From Clostridia bacterium (GTDB taxonomy: Bacteria > Bacillota > Clostridia > Oscillospirales > CAG-272): 64,000 bases of DNA. Below the pieces are notes generated by a model that saw nothing but the letters and a program-made list of their open reading frames with translations, had not been told where the DNA came from and did no database searches. Made by a program: the position numbers and the translations under genes. Below, piece after piece: positions 56,331-64,000 of this stretch (its first letter is position 1; the number at the start of each line of letters is the position of its first letter). The DNA lies in the NCBI GenBank assembly GCA_017466685.1, contig JAFTTS010000140.1, forward strand, positions 715 through 64,714, written 5' to 3'.

Positions 56331-56474
56331 CTATATCAAAAAATCCCGGCAGGCGGTCTGTCGGGCAGGTATGCTTGAGCCTTTGGAGGTGACAGCACAA
56401 AAAAGCCCACTGACAGCATCTATGCCGCCGTACAGTAGGACGGGATGAGATTTGAAAATACTGTCTATTCTCAT
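56331..56474 (-). other. 47-codon upstream ORF in the ilvB leader (hypothetical)
   Basis: An ATG 6 nt after GGAGG. The ORF MRIDSIFKSHPVLLYGGIDAV... reads through the leader terminator, and its TAG overlaps the ilvB SD. Confidence 0.3.
56338..56365 (-). terminator. leader terminator immediately upstream of the ilvB SD
   Basis: On the minus strand, CCCG-A-CAG [ACCGC] CTG-C-CGGG followed by ATTTTTT (56343..56338). Confidence 0.5.
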
Positions 56475-56506
56475 GCTGTGCCTCCGAAAGTATATAATAT
56501 ATGGTA

Positions 56507-56535
56507 AGTATATCATACTTTAACCTGTTTGTCAA
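56507..56535 (-). promoter_or_regulatory. proximal sigma-A-type promoter of ilvBN
   Basis: On the minus strand, TTGACA (56535..56530), a 17-nt spacer, then TATACT (56512..56507). Confidence 0.55.
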
Positions 56536-56662
56536 GAGAATAAAGTAAAGCGTCGGAAGCGCGGCATGAAAAGCGAAATCCCGAAGCCTTCGCCGTATAC
56601 GAAAACCTCGGGAGCAGAGCTTGATATAATGTATCCTCCGAAAAATATTCTATAGCAATAAA

Positions 56663-56691
56663 ATTATAGCAAATATAAACAGTGATGTCAA
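56663..56691 (-). promoter_or_regulatory. distal sigma-A-type promoter upstream of ilvBN
   Basis: On the minus strand, TTGACA (56691..56686), a 17-nt spacer, then TATAAT (56668..56663). Confidence 0.55.
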
Positions 56692-56861
56692 CCCCCTCGT
56701 TCATCTTAAATCCGTCATTTTAGAGTCTATAATCTGCCTACTTTTACAGATACGCGTTTTTTCGACATATATTTTCAAAAAAATACAAAACCGTCTTGAC
56801 AAAAACGGAAGGGCGTTTTTATTTTGAACTCCCTCCGACACAAAGAAAGGGGTACTTTTTT

Positions 56862-58409
56862 ATGTTTGAAAAAATCCTTATGATCGTTATCTTTTTTGCC
56901 ATCACTATAGGCGTCGGCGTTTATTGCCGCAAAAAGGCGACGGACGTTAACGGTTTCGTGCTCGGCGGACGCTCGGTTGGCCCTTGGCTGACTGCATTCG
57001 CTTACGGTACATCCTATTTCTCCGCCGTCGTTTTCGTCGGTTACGCCGGACAGTTCGGTTGGAAATATGGTATGGCGGCAACCTGGATCGGTCTCGGTAA
57101 CGCAATAATCGGAAGTCTGCTTGCCTGGGTCGTACTCGGCAGACGTACTCGCGTTATGACTCATCACCTCGGTGCTTCAACCATGCCCGAGTATTTTGAA
57201 AAACGTTACGGCTCAAAGGGACTTAAAATTGCCGCTGCGCTTATTACGTTCATCTTCCTTATTCCGTACACCGCATCGGTTTACAATGGTCTTTCGAGAC
57301 TTTTCGGTATGGCGTTCGATATTCCGTATGAGATTTGTGTCATCGTAATGGCGGTACTCACCGGTGTTTACGTTATCCTCGGCGGTTATATGGCAACGGC
57401 TGTTAACGATTTTATTCAGGGAATCATCATGCTTGTCGGTATTGTTGCGGTTATCATTGCCGTGCTTTCGGGACATGGCGGATTCACTGAGGCTGTTATC
57501 AAGCTTTCGGGAGTCACCGAGGGTGCACCTGCCGGAATGAACGGAGCTTACACGTCGATGTTCGGCCCTGATCCGATGGGACTTCTCGGCGTTGTTGTGC
57601 TCACTTCGCTCGGTACATGGGGACTTCCGCAGATGGTTCAGAAGTTCTATGCTATCAAGTCGGAAAAGGCGATCAGCCAGGGTACTATCATTTCAACGAT
57701 ATTCGCAGTCGTTGTTTCGGGAGGATGTTATTTCCTCGGCGGCTTCGGCAGACTGACGGACGGTTCTGCACTTGAATATGCCGCAAACGGTTCGCTTATT
57801 TACGACTCGGTTATCCCTGCTATGCTTAACAAGCTGCCCGATATTCTTATCGGTATCGTTATAGTGCTTGTTCTGTCTGCATCGATGTCAACGCTGTCAA
57901 GTCTCGTTTTAACCTCGAGCTCAACGATAACGCTTGACCTCATAAAGGGTAACATCTCGAAAAAGATGAGCGAGAAGAATCAGCTTCTCAGTATCCGTAT
58001 TTTCATTGCGGTATTCATCGTGCTCTCTGCAGGTATCGCGATATTCCAGTATCAGTCGGCAAGCACGTTTATCGCACAGCTCATGGGTATTTCGTGGGGG
58101 GCACTTGCAGGTGCGTTCTTAGCGCCGTTTATGTACGGTCTCTATTCGAAGCGCATTACGGTCGCTTCCGTTTGGACAAGCTTTATCATCGGCGTGGGAC
58201 TTACCGTTTCGAATATGTTCTTAAAGTTTATTGCGTCTCCCATTAACGCAGGTGCGATTGCAATGGTGCTCGGACTTATCGCAGTGCCGATCGTCAGCCT
58301 CGTTACTCCGAAGCCGAAGAAGGTTGACGTTGACGAGATCTTCACCTGCTACGACACAGAGGTGGTCGTTCACAAGAAGATCTCTATAGGTAACGAAGAA
58401 GAAAAGTAA
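56862..58409 (+). CDS. sodium:solute symporter family transporter (PutP/PanF-like)
   Basis: 515 aa with about 13 TM helices. SSF-type segments include GGRSVGPWLTAFAYGTSYFSA and LGTWGLPQMVQKFYA. The start is ATG 56862; the track ORF begins at 56796. Confidence 0.85.
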   Translation: MFEKILMIVIFFAITIGVGVYCRKKATDVNGFVLGGRSVGPWLTAFAYGTSYFSAVVFVGYAGQFGWKYGMAATWIGLGNAIIGSLLAWVVLGRRTRVMTHHLGASTMPEYFEKRYGSKGLKIAAALITFIFLIPYTASVYNGLSRLFGMAFDIPYEICVIVMAVLTGVYVILGGYMATAVNDFIQGIIMLVGIVAVIIAVLSGHGGFTEAVIKLSGVTEGAPAGMNGAYTSMFGPDPMGLLGVVVLTSLGTWGLPQMVQKFYAIKSEKAISQGTIISTIFAVVVSGGCYFLGGFGRLTDGSALEYAANGSLIYDSVIPAMLNKLPDILIGIVIVLVLSASMSTLSSLVLTSSSTITLDLIKGNISKKMSEKNQLLSIRIFIAVFIVLSAGIAIFQYQSASTFIAQLMGISWGALAGAFLAPFMYGLYSKRITVASVWTSFIIGVGLTVSNMFLKFIASPINAGAIAMVLGLIAVPIVSLVTPKPKKVDVDEIFTCYDTEVVVHKKISIGNEEEK

Positions 58410-58415
58410 AACAAA

Positions 58416-58460
58416 CAAAATGGAGCTGTCTTAATTGCAGAGACGGCTCCTGATTTTTTG
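58416..58460. terminator. bidirectional terminator between convergent genes
   Basis: 10-bp stem GGAGCTGTCT/AGACGGCTCC (one G.U), flanked by AAAA and TTTTTT. Confidence 0.7.
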
Positions 58461-58468
58461 TTATATTA

Positions 58469-59359
58469 TCATTTCTTTTTAAAAATAAACGCAAGCTTGG
58501 TTTCGGAGATGATTACCGCGATGAAGATAAGTGCAAAACCGAAACACATCTTCGCAGAAAGCGTTTCACGTCCGAGCAGCACCGAGAAACCAACTCCGAA
58601 TACCGATTCGAGCGACAGTATTATCGAGGCTGTTGAGGGATCGGTATATTTTTGTCCGAAGTTTTGGAGAGTCAGCGCAACTGCGGTACAGAATACGGCG
58701 AGATATGCAACGCCGAGGATGAGTTCCTTATTCGGTGTTACTGTTGTGAGCCTTGGGAGCTCGGTTGTCAGCGAAAGTATCAATGCGCAGATGCCGCTTG
58801 ATGCAAACTGTATTATCGTTAAAACAAGCGGATCACGTTCGTTTGAAAAGCGCGAAACGGCGATGATGTGCAGGGCATAAAAGACACCTCCGATGAGCGT
58901 TAAAATGTCGCCCATACCCATTGTGAAGTCAGCGTTAAGCGAAACGAGACCGATACCGATGATGCATATGAACGCCGATATAACATTATAACGGTCGGGA
59001 CGTTTTTTCGAAAATCCCCATGCCATGAACGGAACCATCACGCAGTATACCGCTGTCAGAAATGCGTTTTTTCCCGGTGTGTTTTCGGGTGAGCTGATTC
59101 CGAGCGTTTGAGTCATATATGCAAGGAAAAGCAGAACTCCGAGAAGGGCACCGCGCCATATGTACGCTTTATTAAGCTTTTTAAGACGTGGGAAAAATAT
59201 CACCGAAAGCAGGATCGTCGCCGTGATAAAGCGCAGTGCGAGCAGTGCATTTGTCGGAAGCGTGTCCGTTACGTCCTCAACGATGATGAAGGAGCTTCCC
59301 CAGATAAGCGTTGCCGCGAGGAGTGCCAGCTTTGCGAGTGTTCCGGTCTTATTCTTCAT
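58469..59359 (-). CDS. DMT-superfamily transporter (two EamA domains)
   Basis: 296 aa with 10 TM helices. The N-terminal half (LLAATLIWGSSFIIVE) and the C-terminal half show the EamA duplication. Confidence 0.85.
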   Translation of the reverse strand: MKNKTGTLAKLALLAATLIWGSSFIIVEDVTDTLPTNALLALRFITATILLSVIFFPRLKKLNKAYIWRGALLGVLLFLAYMTQTLGISSPENTPGKNAFLTAVYCVMVPFMAWGFSKKRPDRYNVISAFICIIGIGLVSLNADFTMGMGDILTLIGGVFYALHIIAVSRFSNERDPLVLTIIQFASSGICALILSLTTELPRLTTVTPNKELILGVAYLAVFCTAVALTLQNFGQKYTDPSTASIILSLESVFGVGFSVLLGRETLSAKMCFGFALIFIAVIISETKLAFIFKKK

Positions 59360-59591
59360 TTGTGCCCTCGGATGTGTTATCTATATAAGCCATAATGTCG
59401 GCAATTGTTCTGAATTCGGGCATTTCTTCATCGGGAATGGACACGCCGAAGTTTTCTTCAACTGCCATCAGTATTTCAACAAGGTCAAGCGAATCCGCAC
59501 CGAGGTCCTCGAATAATGCGGAGTCCTCGTTTATAAGTTCAGCGTCACAGCCGAGCTGAGCCGTTATTATATCGGTGATTTTTTTAAGCAT
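59349..59591 (-). CDS. acyl carrier protein (AcpP-like), stand-alone
   Basis: 80 aa with the DLGADSLDLVEILMAVEENFGVSIPDEE phosphopantetheine-attachment motif. ATG 59591 lies 8 nt after GGAGG. Its 3' end overlaps the DMT gene start by 11 nt. Confidence 0.8.
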   Translation of the reverse strand: MLKKITDIITAQLGCDAELINEDSALFEDLGADSLDLVEILMAVEENFGVSIPDEEMPEFRTIADIMAYIDNTSEGTNEE

Positions 59592-59724
59592 AGATATACC
59601 TCCGTTTGTAAGTCGGTTATTTATATTCTCAATTATATAACATATTTGGATTTTTTTCAAGTAGGCAAAGGGATTTTTTAAAAATATTTACTTTTTTCTC
59701 CGTTTGACGGATGTGATATAAATA

Positions 59725-59753
59725 TTGACAAAAATCTGTTTTTCATGTATAAT
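59725..59753 (+). promoter_or_regulatory. sigma-A-type promoter of the ROK-family gene
   Basis: TTGACA (59725-59730), a 17-nt spacer, then TATAAT (59748-59753). This places the track's ATG 59745 inside the promoter. Confidence 0.6.
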
Positions 59754-59789
59754 CATAGTGTTATTATATCCGAAACGCGAGGTGATACG

Positions 59790-60668
59790 GTGCAAAATCA
59801 GAATAACAGTATAATGGCGGTTTTCGAGGCTGTCTCGGAAGCAGGTGAACTCAGCCGCGCACGTATATCCGATATTACCGGATTCAGTCTGGTTACAGTC
59901 GGCAAGGTGGTCGATTTACTTTGTGAATGCGGTATCGTTACGGAATATAAGCAGACAAGCGGTACAGTCGGACGTAAATCGGGCATATGCAAGCTTATAA
60001 ATTCAAGCGGTATGCTGATTTTTGATCTGACAGGTGAACCAAAGGCACGGCTTTATGATATATCACTTTCACTTTGCGATGAATATACGGGTGACTCGGT
60101 CTGCGACATGATGGCACGCGGACTTATGCGTTTTGGCGAGCTGCTCGGTGGTGAGCTTATGGGAATCGGCTGCATTGTTCCCGATGGTGAAACGGAGCTT
60201 TGTGCCTCACAGATATCGGATGCGATCGGTGTGTCACCAGAAATTATTACCGTATCGAGTCGTGCATATGCCGTCGCTAATGCAAAGAGGTTTCATTACA
60301 ACGGCATGGCGGTGTTTTTGCGCTTGCTTGACGGCATTGACGGTGCGATAATGTACGGGGGCAGGCTTTACACGGGTGCACATGGCGGCGCAGGTGACAT
60401 TTCGGCATTTATTCCGTCACGCGATGTTCTTTATCCGAAATTGACCGAGCTTTGTTATATGCTTGATCCGGGAATGATACATATTTCGTGTAAATCGGAT
60501 GACGAGTGTAAAGCGGTCGAAACAGAGCTTACCTCGCATCTTCAAGGCAGTCTCGGCGAGCGTACACCGCTTATTGTTACAGAGCCGAGTGCGTTATGCC
60601 GAAGTGCTTCCGACGGTGCGGCACTGATGCTGCGCGAAAAATATCTTTTATCAAAAACTTCCAGATAA
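59790..60668 (+). CDS. ROK-family regulator-like protein (N-terminal wHTH plus short sugar-kinase-like domain)
   Basis: wHTH segment LSRARISDITGFSLVTVGKVVDLLCECGIV...GRKSG, then an ASKHA-like region with GGAGD. The start is assigned to GTG 59790 after GAGGTGA and is uncertain. Confidence 0.55.
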   Translation: MQNQNNSIMAVFEAVSEAGELSRARISDITGFSLVTVGKVVDLLCECGIVTEYKQTSGTVGRKSGICKLINSSGMLIFDLTGEPKARLYDISLSLCDEYTGDSVCDMMARGLMRFGELLGGELMGIGCIVPDGETELCASQISDAIGVSPEIITVSSRAYAVANAKRFHYNGMAVFLRLLDGIDGAIMYGGRLYTGAHGGAGDISAFIPSRDVLYPKLTELCYMLDPGMIHISCKSDDECKAVETELTSHLQGSLGERTPLIVTEPSALCRSASDGAALMLREKYLLSKTSR

Positions 60669-60758
60669 TACCTGATTAAATTGTGTGTGTGCGGTACAGA
60701 ATAATATCGAAGTCGAGCTTAATCGGCTTAAAATATTATGAAAAGAAGGTACCTCGAA

Positions 60759-60953
60759 ATGGAAAACAAGACTCCCAATCATTCCATCGAATGCTCGGTT
60801 AAGCAGTGTGAATATCACTGCCAGAACGAAAACTACTGCACACTTAACACCGTAAAGATCGCAACTCACGAAGCAAACCCCACTGTTTGTCAGTGTGTTG
60901 ACTGCGAATCGTTCGTTAAGAAGTCGAACTGCTCCGGCGGTAATTGCCACTAA
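60759..60953 (+). CDS. DUF1540-like cysteine-rich small protein
   Basis: 64 aa with two C.V..C.YH-type half-sites (IECSVKQCEYHCQNENYC / TVCQCVDCESF). Confidence 0.65.
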   Translation: MENKTPNHSIECSVKQCEYHCQNENYCTLNTVKIATHEANPTVCQCVDCESFVKKSNCSGGNCH

Positions 60954-60961
60954 AATTAAAT

Positions 60962-61010
60962 AAAATTGAGCTGTCCGCATGATCTTTAGCAGACAGCTCG
61001 TTTTTTGTTT
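60962..61010. terminator. bidirectional terminator between convergent genes
   Basis: Stem GAGCTGTC/GACAGCTC (60968-75 / 60992-99) followed by GTTTTTTGTTTTT. Confidence 0.7.
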
Positions 61011-61027
61011 TTGGACGCTCGGATTTA

Positions 61028-62218
61028 TTATCTGTATCTGCCCTGTGCCTTAAGCTTCTTTATCAGAATGACAGTTCCGATAATCAAAAGCGCAAGCCAT
61101 ACCGCGAGCATGACCGGCAGAAGCGCGATACTTGCTGCATCCGCGATGATACCGAAAAGCGGCGGTGCAAGCATGACACCGAAATATGCGGTTGCCATCT
61201 GTGTACCGATGACCGAGCCTGAAACGTTACGTCCGAAATTCTGCGGAGCGAGGTTCATGATATTGGGGTAGATCGGGCCGTTTGCAAAGCCGATAAATGC
61301 AAGTGCCGCAATCGAGAGGGCAGGTATGCCAAGCGGCAAGAGAAGCATGACTACTGCGACGGTCAGTATATAAATACAGATACGTATCATTCGCCATGAA
61401 CCGAGCTTGTCGGCTAAAACTCCCGATAAGAAGCGGCCGAGCGTCATTCCGACAAAATAGAACATAAGCGCATCTGCACTTGCCGAATCGCTCATTCCAT
61501 GCACGTGGATAAGGTACTTTGCACCGAGAACGCCGCAGAGTGCTTCAATCGCGTTCGTGGAGATGCACATGATCCACGCTGTGCGTATGGAGGAATTTTT
61601 CGCCATTTCGAGGATTGAAAGTGTACGCGGTGTAACCTCCTCGTCACCTGACTGTGCAGTGTTCGATTTTTTCTTCCAAAGGGGAAGCGAAACGATTACG
61701 ATAAGTGCAATTCCCGCCTGGAGCATGAACGCCGCACGGTAACCGCCGCGCCAGTCCTCATTCGCAAGCATACGTGACATAAATTCAAGACTTATGATCG
61801 TACCTGCGCCGTAGAAGCAATGCAGGAAGTTCATATGCTTTGCCGAGAAGTGGAGAGCGATGTAATTGTTAAGGCTTGCATTGATCGCTCCCGAGCCGAC
61901 TCCGAGCGGTATCGCCAGGAGGTACATAATAATGATGTTCGGCGCAAACGAGAAACCGAGCAGAGTGAATGCCATTAACAGGACGCTTATTGCTGTAACT
62001 GCGTATGTACCGAAGCGGTTAATGACACGTGCCGCCAGGACACTTGCAAGCGCGGTACAGCCGTAAACTATGGTTGTAACAAGAGTTGAAACAAGGTTTG
62101 CAGCCTCGCCGAGCGCAAATTCCTTTCCGATAGCTTCCATTGCCGCACCAAAAAGCGATTCGGGAACGCCGATGCAGATGAATGTTATATAGATAACTGC
62201 TAAAAGAATGAATGTCAT
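61028..62218 (-). CDS. MFS transporter
   Basis: 396 aa with 12 predicted TM helices in a 6+6 layout and a basic central loop (WKKKSNTAQSGDEE). Confidence 0.85.
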   Translation of the reverse strand: MTFILLAVIYITFICIGVPESLFGAAMEAIGKEFALGEAANLVSTLVTTIVYGCTALASVLAARVINRFGTYAVTAISVLLMAFTLLGFSFAPNIIIMYLLAIPLGVGSGAINASLNNYIALHFSAKHMNFLHCFYGAGTIISLEFMSRMLANEDWRGGYRAAFMLQAGIALIVIVSLPLWKKKSNTAQSGDEEVTPRTLSILEMAKNSSIRTAWIMCISTNAIEALCGVLGAKYLIHVHGMSDSASADALMFYFVGMTLGRFLSGVLADKLGSWRMIRICIYILTVAVVMLLLPLGIPALSIAALAFIGFANGPIYPNIMNLAPQNFGRNVSGSVIGTQMATAYFGVMLAPPLFGIIADAASIALLPVMLAVWLALLIIGTVILIKKLKAQGRYR

Positions 62219-62226
62219 TTTACACC

Positions 62227-64000
62227 TCAGAATTTAAGTTTTACCGGTCCGAAAAGACCGCTTTCGAGAGAATCCTTGTCAAATTCACGTGAGATCGGAG
62301 GGTATGGGCCTATCTGCCAATCCTGCCACTTATCAAACGATTTGGTAAAGTAGTATTCGTTTGCGGCAGTATTGGTGACACGGATTTCAAGGGTATTTGT
62401 CTCTTCAAGCGGTGCCGTTACCTTGAAGGTATACGGTGCCATCACGCGAACGCCCTGTGATACTCCGTTAACGAACACCTCGGCTGTATAACGAACCTTT
62501 CCGAGATCGATCTGCAGCTCATCCGCTTCGGGACACTCAAAGGTTGTCTTGTAAACGCAGCTTCCCGAATAGTCCTCGCCGACCGTAGTGCGCCAGTCTC
62601 CGAGCACTATAGGCTCAGGATCTTCATCAAACAGTTCGGTTTCAAATGTCATTTTGCCGATGCGCATACGCTTTTCACGGCGGAATGTGAAATCTGCAAA
62701 TATAATTTCATGCGTATAGTCGGTTGTTTCTGAAAGCTCAAGGGCATCAGAGCTGTCAAGCAATGCGACAAGCTCTCCGGGTTCAAGATAAAGCGAAACT
62801 GTGTCGCCACAGTCGGTGACGGTTCCGTCGGTCAGCTCGAGCAGACGGTAATGCTTTCCCTCGGTGTCAATGTTCACGGTGACGGGAGTTAAGTTCTCGT
62901 TGCTTACAAGAAGCAGACTGCCGTTGTCAAGCTTTCGCTCCATTGTCATTATCTTTTCGCTGCTTCCGATGAATTTGACGGGAGGCGTGATTGCCGGGAT
63001 TTCATCCGCTGTGATGACTTTTCCACCAGCCACTTTGAAGGCTTCAAGGCGTTTCATTACGTCCTCGGGAATGTCAAACGCGGTGTCGATGATGACTGTT
63101 TTATATTGTGCTGTTCCGATTTTGACTGTATCGGAAATATCGGCTGTTCGGATGATATCATCGTCAATGACATCGAAATTGATGTGAGCCGCTTCAAGTG
63201 CGAAACCGTGCTTATTGAATATGTTTTCAGTATCGACGGCGTGCTTACCTCTGCGCCAAAAGTCGCGTATCGGATAGTAAAGTGCCACATCGCAGACACG
63301 CTCACCGAGAGAGGCAATGTACGAAAGTCTCTCAAGATAAGGATTGAACGCGGCAAGATCACCGTAACACGCCTGATGCTCACAGAGAGCCGGCAGTTCA
63401 CCCGTCATGAGCCATCCCGAACGTCCGTAGGGAATGAGCATCATGTTGAAAAGGTTTATGCCTCGTATTGCCTGGAATGTGAGTACCCAACGCATCTGGT
63501 CGAACGTGAGTCCCATTCCGTAAACGCCGAAGGATTCGGTCATTGCATATCTGCTTCCAACCTGTGCGGCTGCAGATGCGGCGAAACGTGGGAAAAAGTG
63601 ATTCGTTCCCATTTCACGACCGTTTATCGATTTTTTCTCACATGGGAATATCTGTCTCCAGATGACGTCAACACCGGGAATGTCGAAGCAACGAAGTGCA
63701 CGCATCACATGGAAGTTACCGCCGCGTATAGGGCTGTTCGGCGTGTCGTCAATGTTCATGTGTCCCGTGAACAAAAGTCCGTTACTGTTGCACCATTCGC
63801 GCTCAACGTTCAGGAAGTTATTGCAGAATTCCTCGCTGAGAAAATCGTACCAATCGCAGACGGCTTCAACTGCATCGTCGGGCGTTTCCGCGTCACCTGC
63901 AAGATATGGCAGATAGGGAAGAATTGAACGTCCCGTGCGTTTTTCGTATTTTTCTGCGAGATCTTGACGCATAAGCTTTGTCGGTGCGGCAGGCTCATCG
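62227..64000 (-). CDS. glycoside-hydrolase-like protein, C-terminal part (gene continues beyond the window)
   Basis: The reading frame stays open upstream of the first Met to the window edge. The C-terminal jelly-roll-like segment (VFVNGVSQGVRVMAPYTFKVT...LEIRVTNTAANEY) is typical of sugar-binding domains of large glycosidases. The family is not assignable by eye. Confidence 0.55.
   Translation of the reverse strand, partial: DEPAAPTKLMRQDLAEKYEKRTGRSILPYLPYLAGDAETPDDAVEAVCDWYDFLSEEFCNNFLNVEREWCNSNGLLFTGHMNIDDTPNSPIRGGNFHVMRALRCFDIPGVDVIWRQIFPCEKKSINGREMGTNHFFPRFAASAAAQVGSRYAMTESFGVYGMGLTFDQMRWVLTFQAIRGINLFNMMLIPYGRSGWLMTGELPALCEHQACYGDLAAFNPYLERLSYIASLGERVCDVALYYPIRDFWRRGKHAVDTENIFNKHGFALEAAHINFDVIDDDIIRTADISDTVKIGTAQYKTVIIDTAFDIPEDVMKRLEAFKVAGGKVITADEIPAITPPVKFIGSSEKIMTMERKLDNGSLLLVSNENLTPVTVNIDTEGKHYRLLELTDGTVTDCGDTVSLYLEPGELVALLDSSDALELSETTDYTHEIIFADFTFRREKRMRIGKMTFETELFDEDPEPIVLGDWRTTVGEDYSGSCVYKTTFECPEADELQIDLGKVRYTAEVFVNGVSQGVRVMAPYTFKVTAPLEETNTLEIRVTNTAANEYYFTKSFDKWQDWQIGPYPPISREFDKDSLESGLFGPVKLKF

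Noticed and set aside
54691-56535. N-terminally extended ORF-track models, for example ilvB from 56535, tyrS from 27704, the maturase-like gene from 48574, secA from 47191, the glpA-like gene from 8724 and the ROK gene from 59745.
   Set aside because: The extensions run through promoters, leaders or repeat DNA and lack an SD. Internal starts with good SDs coincide with the conserved protein N-termini.
56320-56700. A T-box or classical Leu/Val/Ile leader-peptide attenuator for ilvB.
   Set aside because: No T-box core was found, and the uORF has no run of branched-chain codons. It is kept only as an unexplained leader in the findings.
1-64000. A mobile element, prophage or defence island.
   Set aside because: No integrase, transposase, recombinase, phage structural, restriction-modification, toxin-antitoxin or cas-like ORF was recognised. 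Gene content is housekeeping with conserved synteny. I did not compute composition.

Overview
The window looks like a core chromosomal segment of a Gram-positive anaerobe (Clostridia-like, judged from gene content and order), densely packed with housekeeping genes and with no integrase, transposase, phage or CRISPR content. Main blocks in order: an ABC-2 exporter operon with an acidic lipoprotein; a stand-alone tRNA-Trp; a glycerol-3-phosphate oxidoreductase operon ending in glpP; a Crp/Fnr regulator; an AraC-controlled sugar module; mscL; an SLH surface protein with an SGNH hydrolase and a lipoprotein. Then comes the conserved nusB-xseAB-ispA-tlyA-nadK-argR-recN cluster, followed by tyrS, murB-rapZ-whiA-dnaE, a class A PBP, tspO, secA, yajC, ilvBN, a Na+/solute symporter and a sugar-utilisation edge (ROK, MFS, partial glycoside hydrolase). 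Many sigma-A-type promoters (TTGACA-17-TATAAT) and intrinsic terminators can be read directly. The most unusual signal is non-coding: a family of ~300-bp, hairpin-rich intergenic repeats at four loci (13.3, 27.4, 40.3, 47.3 kb). One copy is a ~550-bp near-perfect palindrome, and stems differ between copies by compensatory changes. Secondary leads are a radical-SAM-less SCIFF-maturase-like ORF next to yajC, an ilvB leader with a uORF running through a terminator, and a paralogous pair of unknown membrane proteins. All family names come from motif recognition and memory, not from searches.
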